Shown here: positions 37,996 to 46,069 of the stretch, piece after piece | Layout of the letters: every line of letters starts with the position of its first letter | Numbering within the stretch: position 1 is the stretch's first letter | From: Bifidobacteriaceae bacterium | GTDB taxonomy: Bacteria > Actinomycetota > Actinomycetes > Actinomycetales > WQXJ01 | Direction: 5' to 3' | DNA: 64,000 bases | Assembly: GCA_031272885.1 (NCBI GenBank) | Contig: JAISSX010000018.1 | Span: 47,185 to 111,184 of the forward strand | Program-made: the position numbers and the translations under genes | Notes under the pieces: model-generated | What the model saw: only the letters and a program-made list of their open reading frames with translations | Told to the model about the DNA's origin: nothing | The model's database searches: none

Positions 37996-39318
37996 CTAGA
38001 GCCCACCACCGACAGCCAGAGCGCCTTCGCCACCGGCGTACCGCCGGTACAGCAGCGTGGCCGAAGAATCGGTCAACGACGCAATCTGGTCCACCACCAC
38101 CCGGGCCCGCGCCGCGCCATCGGCCGCCGCTTCGAAGTCCGCCCGGAACTCCGGCTCCAGCGACCCGGGCGCCTCCGCCAACAGGTACCCGTACAAGCCG
38201 GCCACCATGGCCCGCTGCCCCACGTAGACTGGGTCCTCCAGCCGCGGCTCCATCACGAAGACGGCCGCCAGCGCCTTCAGCATGGCGATCTCGGCCAGCG
38301 TCTCAGGCGGCACGATGACGTTCGCGGCGTACCGCACCAGGCGTCCACCGCCGTAGGCTTCCCGGGTAGCGCCCTCGGCCGCGGCGCAGAACCGCCCGAT
38401 CAACTGCGACGTCATGTCCTTCAACGCCGCCAGGTCGCGCCGCGAGCCGTCCCAGCCGGCCGCCCAATACGGCAACCCAGTCAGACGTCGGCCCGCATCG
38501 TCTAGTTCAGCCACGTCAGGCCCCCACGGCGCGTAGCGCTCAGCCGCCATGGCCACCACCGCCGCCCGGTCCGCCGGCGCCGCCAACGCCGGCGCCGGGA
38601 TGGAGCCCCCCACAATGCCGTCCTCCACGTCGTGGACGCAGTAGGCGATGTCGTCCGACAGGTCCATCACCTGCGCCTCCAGGCACTTGCGGCCGGCCGG
38701 CGCGCCCTCCCGCAGCCATTCGAACACCAAGCGGTCCGGCTCGTAGACGCCGAACTTGGCCGGGTCGGACCCGGCCGGCCCCTGGCCACGCCCCCACGGG
38801 TATTTGGTGGCGGCATCGAGCGACGCCCGGGTCAGGTTCAAGCCCACCGAACGGCCGTCCGCCCAAACCTTCGCCTCCAGCCGGGTCAGCAGCCGCAGCG
38901 TCTGGGCGTTGCCTTCGAAGCCGCCGATGTCGCGGCTCACCTCCGCCAGGGCCCGCTCGCCATTGTGGCCGAACGGCGGGTGGCCCAGGTCATGGGCCAA
39001 ACAGGCGGTGTCGACCACATCCGGGTCGCAGCCCAGCGCCTTGCCCAGTTCGCGGCCCACCTGGGCCACCTCCAGCGAATGCGTCAGCCGGGTGCGGATG
39101 AAGTCATCCCCCGTGGGATGGTCGGACCGCCGCCAGGGCGTCCTGACCTGTGTCTTGGCGCCCAACCGGCGCAGGGCGGCGGAATGCACCAGCCGGGCCC
39201 TATCCCGTTCGAAAGCTGTACGCGTCGGCGATTTTGGGTCTTCCGGAGCCAGCCGGGCGGCATCGTGCACGGTATACGGGAGATCCCCCGCTGGTGTCCC
39301 AAGCCGTTCCGCCGCCAC
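37996..39318 (-). CDS. dgt: dGTP triphosphohydrolase-like HD-domain protein
   Basis: RTRLTHSLEVAQVGRELG...ACLAHDLGHPPFGHNGE (HD motif). Lies adjacent and upstream of dnaG, as in other actinobacteria. Confidence 0.92.
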   Translation of the reverse strand: MAAERLGTPAGDLPYTVHDAARLAPEDPKSPTRTAFERDRARLVHSAALRRLGAKTQVRTPWRRSDHPTGDDFIRTRLTHSLEVAQVGRELGKALGCDPDVVDTACLAHDLGHPPFGHNGERALAEVSRDIGGFEGNAQTLRLLTRLEAKVWADGRSVGLNLTRASLDAATKYPWGRGQGPAGSDPAKFGVYEPDRLVFEWLREGAPAGRKCLEAQVMDLSDDIAYCVHDVEDGIVGGSIPAPALAAPADRAAVVAMAAERYAPWGPDVAELDDAGRRLTGLPYWAAGWDGSRRDLAALKDMTSQLIGRFCAAAEGATREAYGGGRLVRYAANVIVPPETLAEIAMLKALAAVFVMEPRLEDPVYVGQRAMVAGLYGYLLAEAPGSLEPEFRADFEAAADGAARARVVVDQIASLTDSSATLLYRRYAGGEGALAVGGGL

Positions 39319-39373
39319 GGGCCAAACCTAATCGGTAGGCTAGGACTAGCACAATGCGACCCTGAGGAGTGAC

Positions 39374-40486
39374 GTGGAGGAGAGCCGAACACGGCCCGGC
39401 GGAGCCGTGCTCAGTGCCCACAAGGTATCGAAGGTCTTTTGGATGCGCGGCGCCAAGCATCCGTTGCACGTGTTGACGGACATCTCGTTGACGCTGCGGG
39501 CGGGTGAAATGTTGGCCATCGTGGGGCCGTCCGGTTCCGGCAAGTCGACCCTGCTGCGCTGCCTGTCCGGGCTGGAGCCCGTCACCGAAGGGCACATCAT
39601 CCTGCTGGAATCCAACCTGTCCCGGGCCACCCGCGGCGCCATCGCCCGGCAGTTGCGGGAGACTGTGGGCCTGCTGTTGTCCAGCCCGGCCCTGGTGCCG
39701 TCGCTGACCGCCCTGCAGAATGTCGAACTGCCGGGCCGCCTGGCCGGCCGCAGCCTGTGGTCCAACCGCGAACTGGCCGAGAAGGCCCTTGAGCAGGTGG
39801 GCGCCGCCGCCATCGCCAAGCTGACACCGGACCAGTTGACCCCGGCCCAGGCGGCCCAGGTTTCCCTGGCCCGGGTGCTGGCCCAGAACCCCAAGGTGGT
39901 GTTCGCGGACGAGCCAACCGACCGCCTCTCGGTCCAAGACTCCCTGGTGGTGGTGGACAACCTGATGGGCCTGGCTAAGGGCGGCGCGGCGGTGGTGCTG
40001 TGCACCCATGACCTCCACCTGGCCGCCCGCGCCGACCGGGTCATCACGCTGGTGGACGGCGCCGTCGCGGCCGTGCTGGACCACCCCACGGCCGAACAGA
40101 TCCTGCAGACCATGGGGGCCGCTACCTTGAGCGCCCTGGCCGGCCAAGCCGAAGGCGCGGTGCCCGATGCCGCCCCCGCGGCCGCGTCCGCAGCTTCCCC
40201 TGTGCCGCCGGTGCCGCCGCCCGCCCCGAAGCCCACGCCCTACCTGGTGACCGAACGCACCGACGTGCGGGCCATCCGGGAGGCCCTGAAGGCCGAGGCG
40301 GCTGAGGCGGCCGCCGCAGCCCAAGCCGAACCGGCTGAACCGGCTGAACCGGCTGAGCCAGCCGCCGCAGCCCAGGCCGAACCGGCCGACCCGGACGACA
40401 TCGGCCAGCCTGACGACATCGGCCAGCCGGACGACGCCGAGCCCACAGCGGCCGCCGAGGCGGAGCCGGAGGGCACCACGGCATGA
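39374..40486 (+). CDS. ABC-transporter ATP-binding protein with degenerate signature motif and acidic repeat tail
   Basis: Walker A GPSGSGKST, Walker B VVFADEPT and an H-loop (CTHD) are present. The position of LSGGQ reads LTPAQ. The C-terminal ~120 aa are low complexity, with AEP and PDDIGQ repeats. Confidence 0.85.
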   Translation: MEESRTRPGGAVLSAHKVSKVFWMRGAKHPLHVLTDISLTLRAGEMLAIVGPSGSGKSTLLRCLSGLEPVTEGHIILLESNLSRATRGAIARQLRETVGLLLSSPALVPSLTALQNVELPGRLAGRSLWSNRELAEKALEQVGAAAIAKLTPDQLTPAQAAQVSLARVLAQNPKVVFADEPTDRLSVQDSLVVVDNLMGLAKGGAAVVLCTHDLHLAARADRVITLVDGAVAAVLDHPTAEQILQTMGAATLSALAGQAEGAVPDAAPAAASAASPVPPVPPPAPKPTPYLVTERTDVRAIREALKAEAAEAAAAAQAEPAEPAEPAEPAAAAQAEPADPDDIGQPDDIGQPDDAEPTAAAEAEPEGTTA

Positions 40487-41874
40487 CCCGTCTGGTGCTC
40501 CGGGCCACATTGCGCAACATCCGCATGTGGATCGCCGCCATCCCCTTGATCGCCCTGACCACCGCCGTCCTGGTGGCCGTCTTCTCCATGCGCACCGCCG
40601 GCCAGGGGTTACAGGACCTGGAAGAAGAAGAAGCCGGCCTGATGGACAACTACACGGCCGTCATCCTGGCCTTGACGCTGATCGCGGCCCTGGCGGCGGT
40701 GGGCGTCGCGGTTGACCGGGCGGCCTCCCGGTCGCGCCAGCGGATCGGGTTCTTCGCCATTGCGGGGCTCAGCCCCACCTACGCTTCGACGCTGTTCTAC
40801 CACCAGGTGGTGGCCCTGGCCGGGTTGGCGGTGCTGCTGGGCCTTGGCCTGGGCGCCGCCATGACCCCTGGCGCCGTTGAACTGGTGGTGTGGGCCGGGG
40901 CCGGCCACGTGGGCGTCATCGGCGCGGTCGATGCCCACGCCCTGGTGGGCGCCGGCATCATCACCATGGGCGTGTCGGTCATGGCCTCGGTGCGCGGCGC
41001 CCAGGTGGCCCGCTCGGTCCAGCCGGTCGAGGCCATCAAGGCGCTGCCCTGGACGCCGCAGCGTTCGGCCCGGCCCAAGGCGTTCGTGGCCCTGATCGCG
41101 GCCGTGGGCGCGGTGGGGGCCGCCGTCGCCTGCCTCACCATTCCCGGCCGCATGGCCTTTGCCGAGCGCCCCCTTGAAGCCGCCAACTGGGTGGTGGCCC
41201 TAGGCACCACCATGGCCGGCTGCCTGGCCATCTTGTTCACGCTGACGGCCAGCGCCTACTGCCCCCGGCTTATCCGCGCCTGGACCATCATCCTGCCCGA
41301 GAGCCACGCCCCTACCCTGCTCCTTGGCCGCCGCGGCGCCGCCTACCAGGCCGGCCGCTCCCTCAACGCCTTCGCCCTGGTGCTGGTAGGGACGCTGATT
41401 GTCGGTTCGGCCATGTCGATCTACTTCGCGCGCAGTTCGCTGGACCCGGCCGGCCGCGGCTGGGTGGAGACGCGCGACATCTCGGCCGCCGTGCAGGCCG
41501 GCGTGCCGGTGGCGTTTGCGCTGGTGGCGGCCGTGGTGACGGTGGCCATCACGGCCCGTAACCGCTTTGCCGAGGCCCAAACCCTGCGCCTGGTGGGCGC
41601 CACCGGCCGGCAGATCCTACAGGCCGGCTTCGTCGAGGCCATGATCCTGGCCGTCACCGCTTCGTTGGTCGGCTTAGGCGGGGTGGTGCTGGTGGCGCTG
41701 GCGGTGGGCGCCGGCATCTCCAACGTGGCCGGCAGCCCGGGCTGGCCCGGCGCCTACGGTTTGGACTGGCTGGTCTGGGTGGCGCCGCTTGGTGTCACCG
41801 TGCTGGGCATGGCCCTGGTGACGGCCACCTCGCTGCCGTCCCTCATCCGCGGCCTGCGTCACCCCATGTTCTAG
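40483..41874 (+). CDS. FtsX-like ABC transporter permease (two FtsX-type TM modules)
   Basis: ATGA overlap with the ATPase gene. 463 aa with about 10 hydrophobic helices. N-terminus MTRLVLRATLRNIRMW is typical of FtsX/MacB-type permeases. Confidence 0.8.
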   Translation: MTRLVLRATLRNIRMWIAAIPLIALTTAVLVAVFSMRTAGQGLQDLEEEEAGLMDNYTAVILALTLIAALAAVGVAVDRAASRSRQRIGFFAIAGLSPTYASTLFYHQVVALAGLAVLLGLGLGAAMTPGAVELVVWAGAGHVGVIGAVDAHALVGAGIITMGVSVMASVRGAQVARSVQPVEAIKALPWTPQRSARPKAFVALIAAVGAVGAAVACLTIPGRMAFAERPLEAANWVVALGTTMAGCLAILFTLTASAYCPRLIRAWTIILPESHAPTLLLGRRGAAYQAGRSLNAFALVLVGTLIVGSAMSIYFARSSLDPAGRGWVETRDISAAVQAGVPVAFALVAAVVTVAITARNRFAEAQTLRLVGATGRQILQAGFVEAMILAVTASLVGLGGVVLVALAVGAGISNVAGSPGWPGAYGLDWLVWVAPLGVTVLGMALVTATSLPSLIRGLRHPMF

Positions 41875-42830
41875 TTGACCAGGTCGGCGGGGGTTTCGCC
41901 GCGGTAGAGCGCCAGGGCGTTGGCCACCGTCCGGGCCCGCAGGTCGGCAAATGCCTCCTTCGTCAGGTATGAGATGTGCGGCGTCACCAGGATGTGGGGT
42001 TGGTGCAGCACCGGGTCATCCGGCTCAGGTGGTTCATGCACGATGACGTCCAGGACCGCGCCCCCGATGGCGCCCGCCGCCACGGCTTCTATCAGGGCCG
42101 CCTCGTCCACCAACGCCCCGCGGGCGGTGTTGATCAGGTAGGCGGTGGGCTTCATCGCGGCCAGTTCGGTCCAACCGAACAGGCCCTCGGTCTCGGGGCT
42201 CAGCGCCACGTGCAGCGACACATAGTCGGCCTGCCCCAGGCCCTCGGCCCGGGTGGCCGGGGTGACGCCATCGGCCACCATCACCTCAGGGGCCACCAAC
42301 GGGTCGGTCGCCAACACCCGCAACCCGGCCCGCCGGGCCGCCTGCCCCACCGTTCGCCCGATGGCGCCGTAACCGATCAGGTGCAGGGTCTGCGAACTGA
42401 GCCGGCGCGGCGGCGACACCAGCGCCGGGGCGCCCCACGGCCCGTCGCCTTGGTGCCCCCAGGCCGGCAGCGGCCGGTTCAGCCAGGCGATGGCGGTCAG
42501 CACATACTCGGCGATGTCCGGTGCGCAGTAGCCCTTGACATTGGTGACGCCGATGCCTTTGGCCCGGGCCGCCGCCACGTCCACCCGGTCGTAGCCGCCG
42601 CCGAAGACGGCGATGCCGCGGCAGCGTTCCAGGCGCTCGATCACCACCGCCGGGATATAGGTGTAGATCTGGGCCAGGATCAGGTCCGCCCGGTAGCCGA
42701 ACTCGGACAGGTCGGCCGCATAGTCGTAGCCGGAGACCCGCACCTGCGCTCCCGGCAGGGCCGCCGCCAGGGCGGCCTGTTCGTACTCCGTGTCCGGCCA
42801 CTCTTCGTCGATGATCCAGACCAGTGTCAT
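41871..42830 (-). CDS. D-isomer-specific 2-hydroxyacid dehydrogenase family, NAD-binding
   Basis: GYGAIGRTVGQAARRAGLRV (GxGxxG), INTARGALVDEAAL, VTPHISY (catalytic His). ATG at 42830 lies 2 nt after the AcnX small-subunit stop. The longest ORF (to 43130) is a shadow extension. Confidence 0.88.
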   Translation of the reverse strand: MTLVWIIDEEWPDTEYEQAALAAALPGAQVRVSGYDYAADLSEFGYRADLILAQIYTYIPAVVIERLERCRGIAVFGGGYDRVDVAAARAKGIGVTNVKGYCAPDIAEYVLTAIAWLNRPLPAWGHQGDGPWGAPALVSPPRRLSSQTLHLIGYGAIGRTVGQAARRAGLRVLATDPLVAPEVMVADGVTPATRAEGLGQADYVSLHVALSPETEGLFGWTELAAMKPTAYLINTARGALVDEAALIEAVAAGAIGGAVLDVIVHEPPEPDDPVLHQPHILVTPHISYLTKEAFADLRARTVANALALYRGETPADLVN

Positions 42831-42832
42831 CG

Positions 42833-43237
42833 CTACAGCACTTCCACCTGGCCGGCGCCGGCGTCCACGCGCACCACCTGGCCGTCGCTGACGGTTTCGT
42901 AGAAGCCCTCCTCCAGGCGGTCCACCAGCGGGAACTCCATGATGATGGCGCTGGCTGCCAGGGTGGTGTCGGCGTTCCGCACAATCATGGCGGCCGGGGC
43001 CATGCCCGTCTTGGCCAACTGGTACATCCCGTCCGCCTGCACCACGGACGAGCCCTTCCCGTTGGGGAACACCAGCACCTTGCCGGCAATCGACTGGCCG
43101 AACAGGGCGTGGTGGTCCTCGATGACGCAACCGGTGGCCGGGTCCACCAGGTAGAAGCAGATGTCGTCACGGGAGAACAGAACCTGACCGGTGGCGGCGC
43201 CATCGGCAATCTTGTGGCAGGTGAAGGTGCGGGCCAT
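42833..43237 (-). CDS. Aconitase X (AcnX) small subunit, DUF126 swivel-like domain
   Basis: GKVLVFPNGKGSSVVQADGMYQLAKTGMAPAAMIVRNADTTLAASAIIMEFPLVD. The ATG overlaps the large-subunit TGA (TGATG). Confidence 0.85.
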   Translation of the reverse strand: MARTFTCHKIADGAATGQVLFSRDDICFYLVDPATGCVIEDHHALFGQSIAGKVLVFPNGKGSSVVQADGMYQLAKTGMAPAAMIVRNADTTLAASAIIMEFPLVDRLEEGFYETVSDGQVVRVDAGAGQVEVL

Positions 43238-44439
43238 CAGCGGATCTCCCCCTCCAGGGCGGCCTGGACGGCCCGCTCCAGTTCGGTCACCACGAAACTC
43301 ATGTTGCGGCGCTTGGTGTAGTAGGCGCACTTGGGTGATTCGGTGACGCCCTTCTTGCCGGCCAGGAACTTCCAGCAGGGCTGGTCCATACAGGTGTCGG
43401 CAAAGATCTCGCCGCCGGCGGCGCGGATGTCCTCCAAGTAGCCCATCTTCTCGGCCAGCGAGTAGGTCAGGGACGAGGTCATGATGTAGAGCGGCACCGC
43501 CAGGCGCCGGCCCCGCACCAGGTCCGCCACCGTGGTGACCTGCCGGATGGTCAGGTGCGGGCAGCCGAACAGGGCGAAGTCGACCGGCCCGTACGGGTCG
43601 GTTAGTTCCTCGCGCATCCAGTCCAGGTCCGCCTGGGTGATGGTGACCTCGCGCTCCGGCGCGCGGCCCTGGAAGGCCGCCTCCACGGTGGGCGCCTCGG
43701 GTGTGACGCCCACGATGTGGTAGATGGCCACGTTGCCGCCGGTGTTGAGTTCGGCCCCCAGGTTCATCAGGGCCTCGCGGCTGGGGTGGTGCAGGCCGTC
43801 GAACACCGGCACCTGGAAGCCCGTCTGGCGCGGCGTGAAATAGCCCAGCAACTGATAATCGAAATCGGTCGCCATCGGCGCATCGACGTGCACCAACACC
43901 TGGCCGCGGCGGTTCTCATCGAGCAGGAAGCCGTAGTAGGGGGCCACGCCGGTGATGGCGGCCGTCAGCGCGCTCTGGGCCGATTCGCGGTTGGTCCGAG
44001 CGCCGTAGACCGAGTTGACGTAGGGCGTGGCACTGGACTCCGAAAAGGCGATGACCTGGCCGAATACCGGCACATTGGCCTCAAGGTAGGGCGTGCAGTT
44101 GTAGGTCATGATGGCGCCCAACTTGAGATAGGCGTCATGGGTGCGCTTGACCGTTTCCAGGTCCGCCGGGTCCAGGTCGGTGATGGCGCTGAACTGCTTC
44201 CAGTTGAAGGACGGGTTGACGGTGGGCCGCACCCGGCAAACCGCCCCGGCAGCCGCCAGTTTCTCCGCAAACCAGAGGTCTGCCTCCTGGTTGGATAGGG
44301 CCACATGGGTCCGCTCCACCGGCACCATGTAGGGGGCGTCGAAGGCCTCGCCGATGGCGACCTGTACCCGCATCGCCAGTTGGGCGCCCGGTCCATCGCG
44401 GCCATCCAACATGGCCTGTTCGTCAGCCGTCAGGTGCAT
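43237..44439 (-). CDS. Aconitase X (AcnX) large catalytic subunit, DUF521
   Basis: MHLTADEQAMLDGRDGPGAQLAMRVQVAIGEAFDA...RTHV. Conserved Cys contexts YNCTPYLE, FGCPH and DTCMDQPC. 400 aa. Confidence 0.85.
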   Translation of the reverse strand: MHLTADEQAMLDGRDGPGAQLAMRVQVAIGEAFDAPYMVPVERTHVALSNQEADLWFAEKLAAAGAVCRVRPTVNPSFNWKQFSAITDLDPADLETVKRTHDAYLKLGAIMTYNCTPYLEANVPVFGQVIAFSESSATPYVNSVYGARTNRESAQSALTAAITGVAPYYGFLLDENRRGQVLVHVDAPMATDFDYQLLGYFTPRQTGFQVPVFDGLHHPSREALMNLGAELNTGGNVAIYHIVGVTPEAPTVEAAFQGRAPEREVTITQADLDWMREELTDPYGPVDFALFGCPHLTIRQVTTVADLVRGRRLAVPLYIMTSSLTYSLAEKMGYLEDIRAAGGEIFADTCMDQPCWKFLAGKKGVTESPKCAYYTKRRNMSFVVTELERAVQAALEGEIR

Positions 44440-44457
44440 GTTCGCGAACCTCCTCGG

Positions 44458-45120
44458 TCAGCCGCCCAGCCGCTCGCTCACCCGGCCGGCCGCCTCCACC
44501 ACTGCGCTGCCGTACGAAGCGACCTTGGCGGCATCGGCCCGGTAGGACGGCACCAACAGGGAGATGGCGGCCACCACCCGGCCCCGCAGCATGATGGGCG
44601 CGGCGATGGCGGTAACATCCGGTTCGACGCCGCTTTCCACCACCACATAGCCGATAGCGGGCGTGCGGCCACCCATCACCGCCCCCACGGCCGAACCATC
44701 CAGTGGCACGGTCCGCCCCACCCAACTGACGTGGCGGACCGGATGGGTGCCTTCGGTAATGGCCAGGTAGAGGGCGGTATCGCGGTGGCCGGGCACGGAC
44801 AGGTAGGCCGATTCGCCGGTGGCCTGCACCAGGTCTTCCATGGCGCCCGCGGCCAGGGACACCAGGGCCTGGTCGGACAGAGCCTGGGCGCCGATCTGGA
44901 TGACGCGGGCGCCGGCGCGGTAGTTGCCGTCGTTGTCTCGCACCACGAAGCCGGCCTGCTCCAGGGTGCGCAACAGGCGCAAGGCGGTTGAGACCGCCAG
45001 GTTGGTCTCCCGCGCCGCCTCGCTGAGCGACAGTTGGCCGGATTCGCAGACCACCGCCAACAGGGCCAGGGCCCGCTCCACCGTGCGGGTGGAGCCGTTT
45101 TCTTCTGGTGTCTTGGTCAT
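44458..45120 (-). CDS. IclR-family transcriptional regulator
   Basis: VERALALLAVVCESGQLSLSEAARETNLAVSTALRLLRTLEQAGFVVRD is a winged HTH, followed by an IclR effector domain. Confidence 0.88.
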   Translation of the reverse strand: MTKTPEENGSTRTVERALALLAVVCESGQLSLSEAARETNLAVSTALRLLRTLEQAGFVVRDNDGNYRAGARVIQIGAQALSDQALVSLAAGAMEDLVQATGESAYLSVPGHRDTALYLAITEGTHPVRHVSWVGRTVPLDGSAVGAVMGGRTPAIGYVVVESGVEPDVTAIAAPIMLRGRVVAAISLLVPSYRADAAKVASYGSAVVEAAGRVSERLGG

Positions 45121-45138
45121 GTCCTGGTTGCCTGTGCC

Positions 45139-46056
45139 CTAACCCTGGTAGCGGTCCAACGCCATGTGAATGAAGGTGAATGGACGGGTGATCCGGTCCG
45201 CCCCCAACACCCGGTGGCGTAAGCCTTTCGGAATGAAAACGGCCCCCGTGGTGGTGACCGTGTGGCGTTCGTCCTCGATTTCGACCGTCAGCTCGGCCCC
45301 CAACGCCTTCTCGTCCGCCGGGTCGCCGCCCAGCCAAACCAACAGCTCGTCGCTGTCCGGATGCACGTCCGGGTGGTCCCAGGCGCCGCCGGCGTGCTGC
45401 GGCCCCACCCAGGAATAGGTCGCCTGGATGGTCGTTTCGGGCACCCGCGCCCTGGTCATGAGGGCGTAGCCGGGGGCGCCCCCCGGGCCGGGCCGGGCGG
45501 CATCGACGGCCGCGTCCTTGATGAACAGGTGGTCGAAGGTGCCGGGCGGCGGCGGACCTTCCGGGGGCGGTGTGGGCGTGGACTGCCCCGCCGCCAGGTC
45601 CTTGTCGTTGAAGGACTCATAGGTGGGGTTCAGGTCCATCGAGATGAACCGGAAACCCCGCTCCACGTGGTTCCAGCCCAGCGGGCAATGCCAGTGGTGG
45701 CGTGGGATGAAGACGGCCGTGGTGGTGGTCAGCAGGTGGCGTTCGCCGCCCAGTTCGAAGTAGGCCTCCCCGCCCAGGTCATTCGGGTTGTCCGGGTCGG
45801 TGCCGATCCAGTAGAGCACCTCGTCCGAATCCTCGTGGACATGGGTGTGGACCCACAGGGCCTCGTCGCTGGTGACGTGAATCCAGGACACGCCCACGTA
45901 GACGGTGGCGGGCGGCACGTCGAAGCGCGCCATCAGCCGCCACGGCCGGCCCACGTTGGCTGGGCGCCCGGCCTCGTCAACGGCCTCGCCCTCGTTGACG
46001 TAGTCGGTGGCGGCGTCGACCATGTCCGTCACAAACAGGTGGCTGTATTGCCCCAT
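45139..46056 (-). CDS. Bicupin-like protein of unknown function (internal duplication)
   Basis: GAAGGAG ribosome-binding site. The two halves are homologous: HTHVHEDSDEVLYWIGTDPDNPNDLGGEAYFELGGERHLLTTTTAVFIPRHHWH versus DHPDVHPDSDELLVWLGGDPADEKALGAELTVEIEDERHTVTTTGAVFIPKGLRH. Confidence 0.75.
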   Translation of the reverse strand: MGQYSHLFVTDMVDAATDYVNEGEAVDEAGRPANVGRPWRLMARFDVPPATVYVGVSWIHVTSDEALWVHTHVHEDSDEVLYWIGTDPDNPNDLGGEAYFELGGERHLLTTTTAVFIPRHHWHCPLGWNHVERGFRFISMDLNPTYESFNDKDLAAGQSTPTPPPEGPPPPGTFDHLFIKDAAVDAARPGPGGAPGYALMTRARVPETTIQATYSWVGPQHAGGAWDHPDVHPDSDELLVWLGGDPADEKALGAELTVEIEDERHTVTTTGAVFIPKGLRHRVLGADRITRPFTFIHMALDRYQG

Positions 46057-46069
46057 GGGGTCTGCTCCT

